Shown: positions 1-13,568, numbered from the stretch's first letter. The stretch is 64,000 nucleotides of DNA from Octopus vulgaris (GCA_951406725.2 OX597818.1:65968001-66032000); one strand, 5' to 3'. Program-made: numbers and translations. The notes: generated by a model from the sequence alone, not told the origin.

Positions 1-899
1 GGATTGCAAGCTTAAGTGGAGAGGTACCAAGGATCAACTCCTGATAGACAAAACTGTACTTAGAGACTGCAGGAGGTGGAAAAGTAACTTAGCCATGTCA
101 AGGATCGATTATTGTAAGGTGTATGATATGATCCCACCTTCTTGGATTATGGAGCGTATGAACCTGTTTGGTATTGCATCGAATATTGGGCGATTGTTTG
201 GAAAAAGTATGGCGACGTGGAGGACAGACCTTACAGCATATGGAAGAAGTTTAGTGACTGTAGAAATTACGGTGGGCATATTCCAAGCGGACTGCCTGTC
301 CCCACCAATCTTTGTACTGTGCTTGATGCCACTAACACTGATTCTGAGGAAAGCAAAAGCTGGGTATGTGTTTAAAAGCCGCCAACAAAAAATCAACTAT
401 TATTTATTTATGGATGACCTCAAACTTTATGGTAAGGACGAAGCCCAAGTCAGTTCCCTCGTTGATACAGTGTATACCTTCAGTACTGATATTGGAGTGG
501 ATTTCGGTCTGAGAAAGTGTAGTGTGTCAGTCTTTAAGAGAGGCAAAATGAAATGTATGGACGGGCTAACGTTAACGTGGGGGAGGTAATGAAGCAGATA
601 GCAGAGACGGGAAGTTAAGCAGTTGTGGACGATAAAAAAGTTAGCAGTCATGCCAATAATTGACGGGAACCCGGAAACAGTGATTAAAAATCTCGAGAAA
701 TACGTGGAATAAATAGGGGTGCAATGAGTGTGGAGCACTTGCAGAATACAACACTGTTTGAACCGCTCGAATACTCCGGTGGGTGCTCGGAAATTAAGAG
801 GTGTTACCCCCGTTCATTGGTAGTTAACAGCTGACACAAGTGCATCTCCAGCGATAGAAGGACTGCAAAGGCAAGGAAGATAACATTAATAATAATAAT
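1..899 (+). mobile_element. R4/Dong-type (RLE) non-LTR retrotransposon remnant, internally deleted, with (TAA)n tail
   Basis: ORF 95-589 has RT motifs GTKDQLLID (just upstream, same frame), DYCKVYDMIP, GIFQADCLSP and LFMDDLKLYGK. From ~600 it jumps to the extreme C-terminus (REVKQLWTIKKLAVMPII...LQNTTLFEP), then a 3'UTR and taataataataat at ~886-899. Confidence 0.85.
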
Positions 900-1084
900 G
901 ACATCGAAAAAGACCTTAGGAATGAGAAGCCGGGTTCGAAATTTCCCCCAAGACACTTGATGAAGGCTGGAGAGTATATCAGCTGAAACGTTATGTTAAC
1001 AACAAGGAAGATGAGGACAAATATCCGTCATATGTAAATAATGTGAAAAATGTACATAATTCATCTTTTAAATATAGAACTGTA
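900..1084 (+). mobile_element. Short interspersed repeat carrying a degenerate minimal hammerhead motif (Penelope/retrozyme-like)
   Basis: Homologous to 56796-56937 (+) and 58151-58275 (-). Contains GACAC-TTGATGA-A-GGCTG-loop-CAGCT-GAAA-CG-TT-ATGTT at 952-997. Confidence 0.7.
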
Positions 1085-1094
1085 ATACTAAGCA

Positions 1095-1500
1095 GAAGAC
1101 CAAGGAATTCACTTGGCTCTGATCCTTGTCACACATTCTCAAATCATCCATTAAGGTTGATTGTTTGATATTTGCATTTTAGTGGGTATCTTAGGTTCAT
1201 TTTCCTAAGAACCAATGTCTGGGGTATCATACAGAGAAATAAGGCAACGGGGACGAGGTATCGCCGTGGAAAATCCCTCTTCTGATACTCATGTTGCCCA
1301 ATTTTCCTTTTCCGTTCATTCCAAGCGCTACTAAATTCATTGCTATAGTAACTGCCTTAAGATGACACATCTTTTCGATTTCGAAAGGGAAATACTTATA
1401 TTTTCTTAATTTAGCAAATTCTTTATACGAGATATTATGGTCACATAGTAAATTCATGTCAATCAATAAACAAACTTTATTGCATTGTAAAATTATTATT
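1095..1500 (-). mobile_element. Scrambled R4/Dong-type LINE fragments (endonuclease C-terminus joined to RT)
   Basis: The minus ORF has LLIDMNLLCDHNISYKEFAKLRKYK..EIEKMCHLK..VALG (compare 11413-11652), then IRRGIFHGDTSSPL, then LMDDLRMCDKDQSQVNSLV (compare MDDLKLYGKDEAQVSSLV). Confidence 0.7.
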
Positions 1501-1529
1501 GCGAGTAAAATTACTAATAGAGAAACGAA

Positions 1530-1840
1530 AATAAGCTTTGAAAACTGCAGCGCCACCAAGGGTTACTTGGAAACGATGAACGTGTTTTGAAGGGAGATAA
1601 TCAAAGAACGTAACATTGTAATACTGCATGTAAAGTAAATATAACAAATGATACATTCTTCAAGAAACAATAAAAATTCACGGATCACTACAAAAGCTTC
1701 ATCATCTGTTCCGTGTGTCATTACCTACTTTTTCTGCAAGTTACATCAAATACCGTTCAAAACATTTTGAGTTCTTTTACACACAGTCGGACAAACAAAC
1801 GCTGATGAAAGCATAACTTCCTTCCTTGGCGGAGGTAATA
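1530..1840 (-). mobile_element. Non-autonomous element with subterminal inverted repeats (Helentron/DINE-like)
   Basis: The minus strand starts TTATTACCTCCGCCAAGG, then a GTTTGTTTGTCC microsatellite, and has the inverted copy CCTTGGTGGCG near the other end. A second 5' end occurs at 6270-6315 (+). The family assignment is inference. Confidence 0.45.
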
Positions 1841-2122
1841 ACAATAACGACAACAACAGCGAGATCAACGACAATGACGACGACGATCAAGACGATGGTG
1901 AGAATGATGATGTTTATCATGAGAACGGAGACACTCGTGGTGGCTCTGATTGTGTTGGAGGCGATTGACGAGGACGATAGCATTAATTTCTGAAATAAAA
2001 CAAGTTCAATCATTTTAAAAAGAGGCGTAAGCCTATAACATCAAGCTCACTGCTCAACCGGTAATCCTTTCCCCGACCATGACAGAATTTAATTATTTTA
2101 ACGATATAAGGGGCAGCAGCAT

Positions 2123-2197
<75 letters not shown>

Positions 2198-2354
2198 AAA
2201 CAGCAGCCAGCATAAAATTTAATAGAATATAAAATTGCAAACGAATACAGAACTGAAAATTTTGCCGAAAACTTTCCGCACATTTTCTGATTATTTACTT
2301 GCCAACAAATCAGTTCGATTGATAAAAAATACAAAACAGAAATAATAATAAGAC

Positions 2355-2403
<49 letters not shown>

Positions 2404-2410
2404 TAATAAT
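2123..2410. repeat. (TAG)n and (AAT)n microsatellites
   Basis: Perfect trinucleotide runs at 2123-2197 and ~2356-2410. Confidence 0.95.
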
Positions 2411-3706
2411 AAATAACAAGAAGACAATATAAATAAAACGAAACGAAGCAAAGCCAAAGAAGCGAAACAGACATTGAGTAAAAATTAAAAAATCTCAGAA
2501 AATATCAAAAAAAAAAAAAATCAATATTCGAAGGCTTTTTGTTTCGAGTTTTTATCGTTGTTTTGGTGATAAAAATATTAAAACAAAAACGAATTGTGAT
2601 GAGTGATAGAGACAGAGAAATTAATTTTCTTTTCTTTAGATATATCACTTGATTTGGATATTATCATCTCTCTCTCTCTCTCTCTCTCTCTGTCACTTTC
2701 TCTCTCTCTCTCTCATTGTATATCTTTCAATTTTTCCCTCTCGGTCTCTCTTTTTCTTTTTCTTTTATTTCTTAAATGAAATTATTAGTGTAAATAAGGG
2801 CAAATAATCACTGGAGGAATTGCAACAAATGATCCAGATTTTACTTTGTGAAATAGTCGAACAATATTGACAGTTCTAATAAGGATAAATAAAATATACA
2901 AGTAAATATTTAAAATACAAATAAAATAGAAGTATATACATATATGTATATATACCTACCTACCTACATACATATATATATATATAAATACATACTCACG
3001 CACACACACACATATATATATATAGGTTATGTATATATCTACTACAACAAGGATAAAAATAACAAGATGAGTAAAGAGAAGAAACAAAAAATAATAACAA
3101 AACTTATTAATATTATTTTTGTTATTATTCCTGATAATAACAATAATACTGATAATGGCGATAACAATAACAAAAATAATACAATTATCGTGTATTTCAC
3201 TAAGAATGTTTTCAGAAATGTTTTAGTCTCAAAATGGCTACGCATTCCGGTAAACATAGATCTCGGTGAAATAAAACAAATAATATATAAACCGATGAAT
3301 CACATACACAAAATATAAATAAACAAAAGAACAGATATGAATAGAAAAGAAATTGTATTCAAATTCGCTACAGAAGATTTCTTTTTTATAAATATTTCTT
3401 ATATTGTTAGTCGTTTCATTATATTTATTTTTGTTGTTGTTGTTGTCCTGTGTTCAGAATCTCTGCATCGCATACACGTTCAACTATTCTACTTTGAATG
3501 ATATAGCAATGTCTGCTTCTAAATGTGTACTTTTTCATATAAATGTACTTACATACAACTATGTACTCACATACACACGCCCACAGACACATACAGACAC
3601 ACACGCACACATATATGCATTTCTGCATACGTATATAAAATACATATACATATAGATAAATATACTCATATATATATATCTATATATATATATATACACA
3701 AACATA

Positions 3707-3761
<55 letters not shown>

Positions 3762-3805
3762 CACAATCATATTATATATATATATATATATATACACAAT
3801 CATAT

Positions 3806-3859
<54 letters not shown>

Positions 3860-4057
3860 ATATATATATAAAATGTTGTATGTATATGCATATATATTTT
3901 ATATATATGTATACACGCACGTATAGAAATGGTACTAGACTCAGATAAAAATGTAGATTTTATTTCCTGTTTATTAGAGTAGAGACAAAAAATCTTCTAT
4001 TACTACTGCTACCAAATATCAGCATCATCATCACAATCAGCAAGAACAACAAGAAAA

Positions 4058-4076
4058 AAATAATAATAATAATAAC

Positions 4077-4168
<92 letters not shown>

Positions 4169-4720
4169 TGATGATGATGATGATGATATTTATAAAATCT
4201 CATATATTTTTCAAGTCGAATAATAATATGAAATTTAAGAATATGTTGTTTGCATAATTTCGTTGTAAGAAAAGAATACCTTCGAAAATTAGAATAGAGA
4301 TATTCAATAATTCTATGTGATATCAATAATACAACATGAGAAAATGATTACTTCGGTAGAATTCAAAGCATTGCAAAGCTTCACTAATATCCCAATGATA
4401 TCACTAATAAAAATATATATATACATATATATATATTTTTTCTTTTTAGGCTACAAATATCGTGAGCGTGTTTTTTTTTTATTTATCCTTCTGCTATTGT
4501 TATTATTATATTATTTCTTTGCGGATCATCACAGATATCGTCATCATCGTCATCACACTCATCATCATCATCGTTGTCATCATCATCATTATCATCATCA
4601 TTATCATCATCATCATCTTCATCATCATCTTCATCATCATCATCATCATCATCCTCATAATCATCGTTGTCATCATCATCATCATTATCATTATCGTTTC
4701 AATCATCATCATCATCATCG

Positions 4721-4754
<34 letters not shown>

Positions 4755-4990
4755 TTTCATCATCATCCTCAAAATCATCGTTGTCATCATCATCATCATC
4801 ATCACCGTCATCCTCCTTCTCCTCCTCCTCATCATCATCATCATCACCATCATCAACGTCATCATCATCACCATCTTCAACATCATCATGATCAGCATCG
4901 CATCATAAGCGTCATCGACGCCCCCTTCGCTGTTATTATCATTATTATTGTTGTTGTTGTTATTGTTGTTGCTTTTTTGTTATTTTTATT
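4058..4990. repeat. Compound trinucleotide tracts (TAA)n(TGA)n and degenerate (CAT)n
   Basis: Directly visible. These produce the poly-H/I/S/M pseudo-ORFs. Confidence 0.95.
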
Positions 4991-5493
4991 GTTATTGTTA
5001 TTACCTCTTTACAGTAGATAATTCATTTTGCAAACTCTATATCACAGAGACTGTAAATATTAACTCGAAGTTTTACTTCTATACAAAAATGAGATTAATA
5101 GAATAGAAAGCTTACGCTGCTGGAATTACGCTGCTCCAGAGAGAATATCAATCATATTTAATGAATTATTGTGTAAGCACCAAAATATCTTTTTTGCTAT
5201 ATTATTATAATTCAATTGTAATAATACATGCTGCTTTATCCAAAATGTACCCATATTATTTTGCTCTTATGAAACATTGGTTTCAAACCCATGTAGATTA
5301 CATGATTCGAAAATATTTTAAGACATTTTTTTTCAAATTTCATGCCATGATAAATACGTTAAATTGATGCAAACATCACCGTAATCGTTATATTCTTTCT
5401 ACTCGACCACAAAATTTATTCCATCCATTCCCGATTTGGTAACAATCATGGTGGCAGTTCAACCTAGTAATTTATTCTACTTTTGAAATATTA

Positions 5494-6076
5494 TTTTCTA
5501 CTCTAGGCACAAGGTCCGAAATTTTGGAGGAGTGGACAGTGGATTAGAACGACCCCATTATGCAACTGGTACTTAATTTATTGACCCCGAAATGATGAAA
5601 GGCCAAGTCGAACTCGGTGGAAATTGAACTCAGAACGCAAAGGTAAACGAAATACCTATTTCTTTACTACCCACAAAGGGCTAAACACATACAAAAGGGA
5701 CAAACAAGGACAGACAAACGGATTAAGTTGATTATATCGACCCCAGTGCGTAACTGGTACTTAATTTATCGACCCCGAAAGGATGAAAGGCAAAGTCGAC
5801 CTCCGCGGAATTTGAACTCACAGCGTAACGACAGACGAAATATTTATTTCTTTACTACCCACAACGGGCTAAACACAGAGAGGACAAATAAGGGCAGACA
5901 AACGGATTAAGTCGATTATATCGACCCCAGTGCGTAACTAGTACTTATTTAATCGACCCCGAAAGGATGAAAGGCAAAGTCGACCTCGGTGGAATTTGAA
6001 CTCAGAACGTAACGGCAGACGAAATACCGCTAAGCATTTCACCCAGCGTGCTAACGATTCTGCCAGCTCGCCGTCT
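5494..6076 (-). mobile_element. SINE family A, trimeric copy with target-site duplication
   Basis: Head GGCGAGCTGGCAGAATCGTTAGC with B-box GAGTTCAAATTCC. The core GACCCCGAAA..GATGAAAGGC repeats at 5583, 5771 and 5955. Flanked by TTCTAC(T/C)TTTGAAATATTA at 5475-5493 and 6077-6095. Confidence 0.9.
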
Positions 6077-6316
6077 TTCTACCTTTGAAATATTAGAATC
6101 GAGGCTAAATTATATGTATGGGTAAATATATTAGCCATAGCCAAATATCATGTAGCTAGCTCGTCGCGATTTGATCGACATTTATGTTCACATTTTTCTC
6201 CGCCTGTATTTGTGCATCGTCATGGTCGTCGTCGTCGTTGTCGTTGATCTTGCCATTGTTGTCGTTATCGTTATTACCTCCACCAAGGAAGGATGTTATG
6301 TTTTCATTTTGTATCC

Positions 6317-6438
6317 ATCTTCTTCTTCTTCTTCTTCTTCTTCTTCTTCTTCTTCTTCTTCTTCTTCTTCTTCTTCTTCTTCTTCTTCTTCTTCTTCTTC
6401 TTCTTCTTTTTCTTATGACAGCCATTTCTCTCGCCTTC

Positions 6439-6469
<31 letters not shown>

Positions 6470-6552
6470 CTTCTTCTTCTTCTTCTTCTTCTTCTTCTTC
6501 TTCTTCTTCTTCTTCTTCTTCTTCTTCTTTTTCTTCTTCTTCTTCTTCTTTT
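6317..6552. repeat. (TTC)n microsatellite, two tracts
   Basis: Directly visible. Confidence 0.95.
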
Positions 6553-6597
6553 TCTTATACATCTTCATTGTCTTCATTCTTTTTCTTCTCCATATAC

Positions 6598-6631
<34 letters not shown>

Positions 6632-6904
6632 TTCATCAGCCTTGCATCAAATGTGCGCTTCCACATTGTGAACATGCAGCTTTGATGCAAGTCTGATGAA
6701 GCGTCAGTCGTAAGTCTAAAACCGCAAGCATTATGAAAATTTCTACTACAAAATCTTGCGTAAAATAACGTTGCAGTTTCAAGCAGACTTGGTTTAGAAA
6801 CGATTGTAATGAACCATTAAAGATATCTCAAAGAATTTGTTTCCTTTCTTATAATTTGGAATAGAGAATCTATCACACATATTTAGCGATATGTGTAAAT
6901 GCGA

Positions 6905-7065
6905 TAAGCTCCTTCAGTTTCCATCAGGCAAATACGTTCAGAAGCATATATTTGGTGAGCCAGAGTTTATAGTAAAAGACACACGTTGAAGTTGGCACGC
7001 AGTGGAACTGAAATCAAGAACATTTGGTTCAGAAGCAAACTTCTCACTACACAGCCGCGCTTCTG
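6905..7065 (-). mobile_element. SINE family B, degenerate 5' half
   Basis: CTTCAGTTTCC...GGCACGCAGTGGAACTGAA...ACTACACAGCC aligns with 54430-54575. Confidence 0.6.
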
Positions 7066-8045
7066 TAAGTCATTATATTTATTCATCAATTCTTGACATA
7101 GCATTTGTGTACGAACGTTCTTCACCATATACTGGTAAGACCTGCTCCTTTGTAGGAATACATTACTTAATCTGCCGAGAAATGTAACTGGGCGTGAACA
7201 TACGGGATTCTTGTTTTCAAAACGAATTTCTGAAAACACAGTCATGTTAGCGTTTACATTTTCTGTTTGTATTTTCCTGGGATTGAAAGACGATTGCGTT
7301 GCAGTTTAATTAAAAACTTTTAAAAAATTGAAATGCAATTCTTCGGCAGTTATTGTATTGGTATTCTAGATTAATGATACCTTTCGAAATAACTATGAAT
7401 CCTAGTTTGAATCCATAGTGATTATATTAATCTTGAGATGATATTTTTTCTCAATCTCTATGTTTGAAACGTGTGATATTGCGCGATCACTAACACATTT
7501 CTTTCTTGCCATAGAGATATATCACATGACAAAGTAAAGCTCAATGCGCAAGCGTAAATATAGAATTGCTTGCAATTTGCCAATAGCAATAAAACAAATA
7601 CCATGATTACAATAGAAACACATTTCTCCTTGAGAGCTTTCTGCCACTTGTCCTGTAAAATAATCATTTAAAATTCAAATTTCATTTATTTCTTATCTAT
7701 TTTTTGTTATTTTATATTTCGGAATTGTAAGCGTTGACCATAGTCTCAAGTGTGTTTGTCTAGAATTCTTTAATTTCTCTGCTGGAAAATGAAGAACGTT
7801 ATTCATTCATGGATTACATTCCCCTTTTTTAATAATTGCAAACTTTCAGTTGCAGCTGTTTAAAAGGATACATTTAACGTTCACATTCCTTAACAAATTT
7901 AAATGGTAAAATATATTACACAATGCATGCATCTAATTCATGAATATATATGCGTATGTATACAGACATGCATATTTATGTATGTAAACACTGACAAACA
8001 CAGACACATACATATATATGTATATGTGGATATATATATATATAT

Positions 8046-8080
<35 letters not shown>

Positions 8081-8087
8081 ACATAAT

Positions 8088-8316
8088 GGCGGCGAGCCGG
8101 CAGAAACGTTAGCGCGCCGGACGAAAAACCTAGCGGTATTTCGTCTGCGCTATGTTCTGAGTTCAAATTCCGCCGAGGTCGACTTTGCCTTTCATCCTTT
8201 CGGGGTCGATAAATAAAGTACCAGTTTCGCTCTGGGGTCGATGTAATCAACTTAATCCGTTTGTCTGTCCTTGTTTGTCCCCTCTATGTTTAGCCCTTTG
8301 TGGGCAGTAAAGAAAT
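8088..8316 (+). mobile_element. SINE family A monomer
   Basis: tRNA-like A/B boxes, central GCCTTTCATCCTTTCGGGGTCGATAAA..AGTACCAG domain, tail ending GTAAAGAAAT. TSD TATAACATAATG on both sides. Confidence 0.92.
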
Positions 8317-10184
8317 ATATATATAACATAATGTAGTAGGGATTAAGAATTATGTCTTGTCCCTTGTGACAACTCTGATATTTCATGTCGTCGTCTGCAT
8401 CTGAGAGTAGACTTGAGCCTTCAGCTTTTAATGCAAAAACTCACAATTCCTCTCTCCCTAATTGTCAGGTATTATCCATTCAGTGAATACTTTTAAAAAA
8501 ATTTTATCGCTTGTAACTTTCTCTAAATTTTAAAACTTTCGCTCATTTTTTTCTGGAATCATTTTAGTCGTTTTCTTCATATCTAAATCTATTTTCTCTT
8601 GTGTAATTAGTTTACATTTCTTATCTCCTTGCTTTAAACATACATATATTCATACATACATACATGTATGCATATGCATCTATATTCAGTTTATTTTCTC
8701 ATTCTTTACATTCTTGAAACCAGTAATCAGATTACATTTTCCGTTGCTTGGTAATTTCTTCTCTCACTTCGTTTACGTCGCTATTGTTTTCTGTTTCTTA
8801 CAAGCACTGCCCTCCTTCTTCACTGTTGGTGTTTTATATCTTTCTCTTGGGGTAGCAGCTTTAGAACGTTTGTTAACCAATATTTCTTTTATCGTGTAAC
8901 TCGTCTAATCACTTCCGATCTTGTTGACGTCTACTTTTTAAAAATTGAGAATGTCTAACCACCTTTTTCTGACAATTGGTTTTGGCTTTTAAACTTTGAG
9001 AGACTGGACCCTTATACTCTCTCTCTCTCTCTCTCTCTGTCTCTGTGTGTGTGTGTCTCTCTCTCTCTGTCTCTCTGTCTCTCTCTCTCTCTCTCTAACT
9101 TTCCTTTACGTGTGTTTAAGCGCGTGTATCTGCATGTGAAATGTGAGTGTGTTGGTGTCTTGTATTACATCAGTTACATCTTCTGTGTAACAATTTGCAT
9201 GCCTCGTTTGCTGCGTCCAATTTCTTGTTCTCTTCGGGTATCTAAATATATATTTTATGATAGTTTGGCCGTACATTTATTGCTATCCATACTCATTTTA
9301 TTCTCTAAGTTGAAATTTTAAACAATTTTAAAAATAATTAGGCTTGTAGATACTTTTTTCATCGCTACAGCGTAATAGCTCGAGTAGGGTTGATAAGATT
9401 CATTCTTGAGTTAAATAAAAGGAATCAGAGCTTTTTTATTGGTAAGTGGGTCTTATTGGTAATGATTTGCTGGTAATGATTCACTGGGTCTTAATCGTAA
9501 TGATTCTTATTGGTAATGATTTGCTGTGGAAGACTGCAAACGTTATTGGTGGACATTTCTTTTTCCATTACACAGTCATTGGTTTGGAGTAATCCTTTTC
9601 GACAGCATATGACTCATATGTCAAAGGAGCTAAACAAGCGACCGTATAGTTGCGAGTTTGATTCAAAGACTAGGTGCTATGTTGTGTCGTTGAGTATGGC
9701 ACTTCATTTTTATTGTTCAATTCTGAAATGAGGGAATCATGCTACAGAGCTCTCTTCCCCTCTCCGCCTGCTTTGGCCTAGATGTGCTGAGGTGTAAAGA
9801 GGTGATTATCCGAGAATCTTTCTAGTACTTCATCTCACCTAATATGCAGGTAAAACAATTAGTGAAGGTCTGAAATATATAATTTATTAGCTCGTATTAA
9901 AGTATCGACCGCAGATATAATTTTTAGTGAGACATGTATTTTCCCTGCTGATATACAATATGCTTCTTATTTCTGTATTTGGACTCAGGCCGTACGAGGG
10001 AACAACCTTGAAGTAAGTATTCGAGCAAATACACAGCAGAAAACATGTTTGTGTCTGCTACTGAACCTGTCTTTATTTAGCCGAACCACTAGGCTACCAT
10101 GGTAATTTACTTTATTTGTCTTCCTAATAAGTGCCACTAAAACTGAAGCGCGTTCACATTTCCGACTATCGATAGAGAGAATTC

Positions 10185-10385
10185 TTTCTTTTATAGGCAG
10201 CAGGCTTGAAATTTGTGGAGAAGAATCGTGTACGTCGATCCCAGATTTCAATTGGTACTTCTTTTAATGACACCGAAAGTATGAAAGGCAAAGTCGACCT
10301 TGGCAGAATATGAACTCAAAACCTAAAGACGATGGAAAATCTGCGAAGGCTTTTGCCGCGTTTGCTAACAGTTTTGCCAGCTTTG
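10185..10385 (-). mobile_element. SINE family A, degenerate short-tail copy
   Basis: ATGAAAGGCAAAGTCGACCTTGGCAGAATATGAACTCA core plus head remnant. Confidence 0.7.
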
Positions 10386-10747
10386 TGCTTTAATCTCGAC
10401 AGAGATCATACAGGTTGCACTTTATCTTTATTTTTCTTCGTTCTGTATATAGAGATCCTACTCAATATATACATCCATGAAACTCATTTGTTCGTTGCTT
10501 CTGCAAATCTCGTAACCCGTTCTTGCTCCCAGTTGAATAACCTGTAATAGGATTTGGATGTAACCGTGACTTCCATTGTTGTTAAAAATTGTTTCTGGTA
10601 TACCGGTTGGCGTCTTCGCACTATACGCGTGCAACATTTTACATCACCTTATGATTGGATGTGGCAGCGCAGAATGAAAGAAACTCAGCATATATACATA
10701 CATACATACATACACGCACACACGCACACACCCACACACACATCTTG

Positions 10748-10824
<77 letters not shown>

Positions 10825-11149
10825 CATCCGATAGCAATTGGTTGTTTCTCAAAGTAACGTGGTTTTCTCAGCGCATGTGTCAGACATCCCTGACATCTGC
10901 ACCGGCAAGAAAGTTAGCAATAGACAAGAATTGATTTCTCTGCTATCATAATAGTTATAGTTGTAGTACTAATGTAGTGTTATTAATATTTAGTATCGCC
11001 AACTGCAGCATATTATTATTATAATTAATATTTATTTTTATCATTATCACCATCACCACCACTAGAATTGTTTGAGGGAAAAGTTGGGTAGCAGTTTGGT
11101 GAATAGATAATTTCTGACATTAATATTAATACTATTATTAGTATCATTA

Positions 11150-12060
<911 letters not shown>

Positions 12061-12345
12061 AGGTGATTTCATATCGTGATAGACAGCGCATGACCTTTTA
12101 GGTGGGGAGCAGATCCCTGAATACAGGTTGTTTAAGAATGTTGAATGAAACACGCATGTTTCCAGGTGTGAATTATTGAAATCCCCAAAGAATTCCTCTC
12201 AACACATGGCTATCATGCTCCCCCATTACTTCTTCTTGTGATCAGAGATGCTCATATCGTTAGCTACTAAGCGACGAGCTCAACTGATTAAGATCAAGCA
12301 ACTAAGCAGCATATCTGTGGTATTGAGCAGAATATTTGCTGTAAC
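12061..12345. repeat. Unclassified interspersed repeat, probably continuing at 13161-13253 after the CR1 insertion
   Basis: Complex non-coding block between two LINEs. It resembles a repeat I recall from octopus sequence, but there is no second copy in this window. Confidence 0.3.
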
Positions 12346-13123
12346 GAATGGGACCTGTGTCTGAACGTGTCAAAGTGCTGTCATCTGCCTGTTGGCTCTC
12401 CTCCTGCAACTCAACTTGATTTCGAGCCGGAACGTCTGCTGCTGGAGAGGACCGATCAGGTAAAGGACCTGGGTATCTTGGTGGATTCCTCCTTTTCGCC
12501 TTCGGCCCAGTGCGTCCATGCTGCCAACAAAGCACGCGGAATTCTGTTCTTGATTCGACGGTCATTCGGAATGCTCACAGCAGCCATATTCCTACCACTC
12601 TATGTCACGCTGGTGAGACCCATATTGGAATACGGGATTCAAGCCTCTTCTCCTTATCTCCTCAAAGACATACAGCATCTCGAAAGAGTCCAGAAGCTGG
12701 CTACCCGCATGGTTCATGGTCTCAAAAGTTTGTCCTATGAAGAAAGGCTGAGGACGCTCGACCTTTATTCTCTAGAAAAACGCCGCCGCTATGGCGATCT
12801 CATTCTCGCCCACAGCATCATAAGCGGAAAGTGTAACCTCTTGAAAGAGCTGTTCTTCAGTCCTGCTCCAGAGCGTCGGCTGCGGGGTCATTCCGAAAAG
12901 CTCTACCTGCAACGATTTCATCTCAATCGAAGGAGAGGAGCTTTCTCCGTCCGGGTTGCGGATCCGTGGAACAAGCTGCCAGACGAGATGGTGAAGATGC
13001 CGACGACCGCTTTGTTCAAAGCCTTCCTTGACCTCAAGTGGCCTGAACTCTTTACATGAACACCACCATGTACTTAACTCCATGTCCCACTACATGGCCC
13101 TGCTATTTGCTTTTGAGCCAAAT

Positions 13124-13160
<37 letters not shown>
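12346..13160 (+). mobile_element. CR1-clade LINE 3' end, 5'-truncated, with (CTAA)n tail
   Basis: Open 230-aa ORF 12367-13059: KCCHLPVG, KDLGILVD, LYVTLVRPILEYG, LERVQKLATRMV, LSYEERLRTLDLYSLEKRRRYGDLI, LRGHSEKL, FSVRVADPWNKLP. Short 3'UTR, then (CTAA)~9. Confidence 0.93.
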
Positions 13161-13251
13161 TTATACCAAGACAATAGTATGTACATAATGACACTGCCAG
13201 TGAGTTAAAATCACAAGCCATGAGAACCAGTGCCTGGTACTGCATCAGGAC

Positions 13252-13253
<2 letters not shown>

Positions 13254-13282
<29 letters not shown>

Positions 13283-13303
13283 CTTCTTCTTCTTCTTCTT
13301 CTT

Positions 13304-13358
<55 letters not shown>

Positions 13359-13430
13359 AACTCCTCCTTCTTGTTCTTGTTGTTTTTCTTCTTTTTCTTC
13401 TTCTCATTATTATTATTATTATCATTATTA

Positions 13431-13473
<43 letters not shown>

Positions 13474-13478
13474 CATCA

Positions 13479-13568
<90 letters not shown>

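Noticed and set aside
4317-5021. 234-aa His-rich ORF, and the many poly-IY, poly-L, poly-S and poly-T ORFs across the window
   Set aside because: These are translations of (CAT)n, (TA)n and other microsatellites, open in several frames on both strands, with no gene structure.
5494-6076. CRISPR-like or satellite array
   Set aside because: The units are SINE modules found dispersed elsewhere in the window. There are no unique spacers and the context is eukaryotic.
6686-6725. CTGATGAAG motif
   Set aside because: No stem II or GAAA follows, and the heptamer is expected by chance in 64 kb.
7060-7190. GIY-YIG-like HYIYS...YTGKT peptide
   Set aside because: The downstream conserved Arg/His pattern is missing and there is no adjacent Penelope RT.
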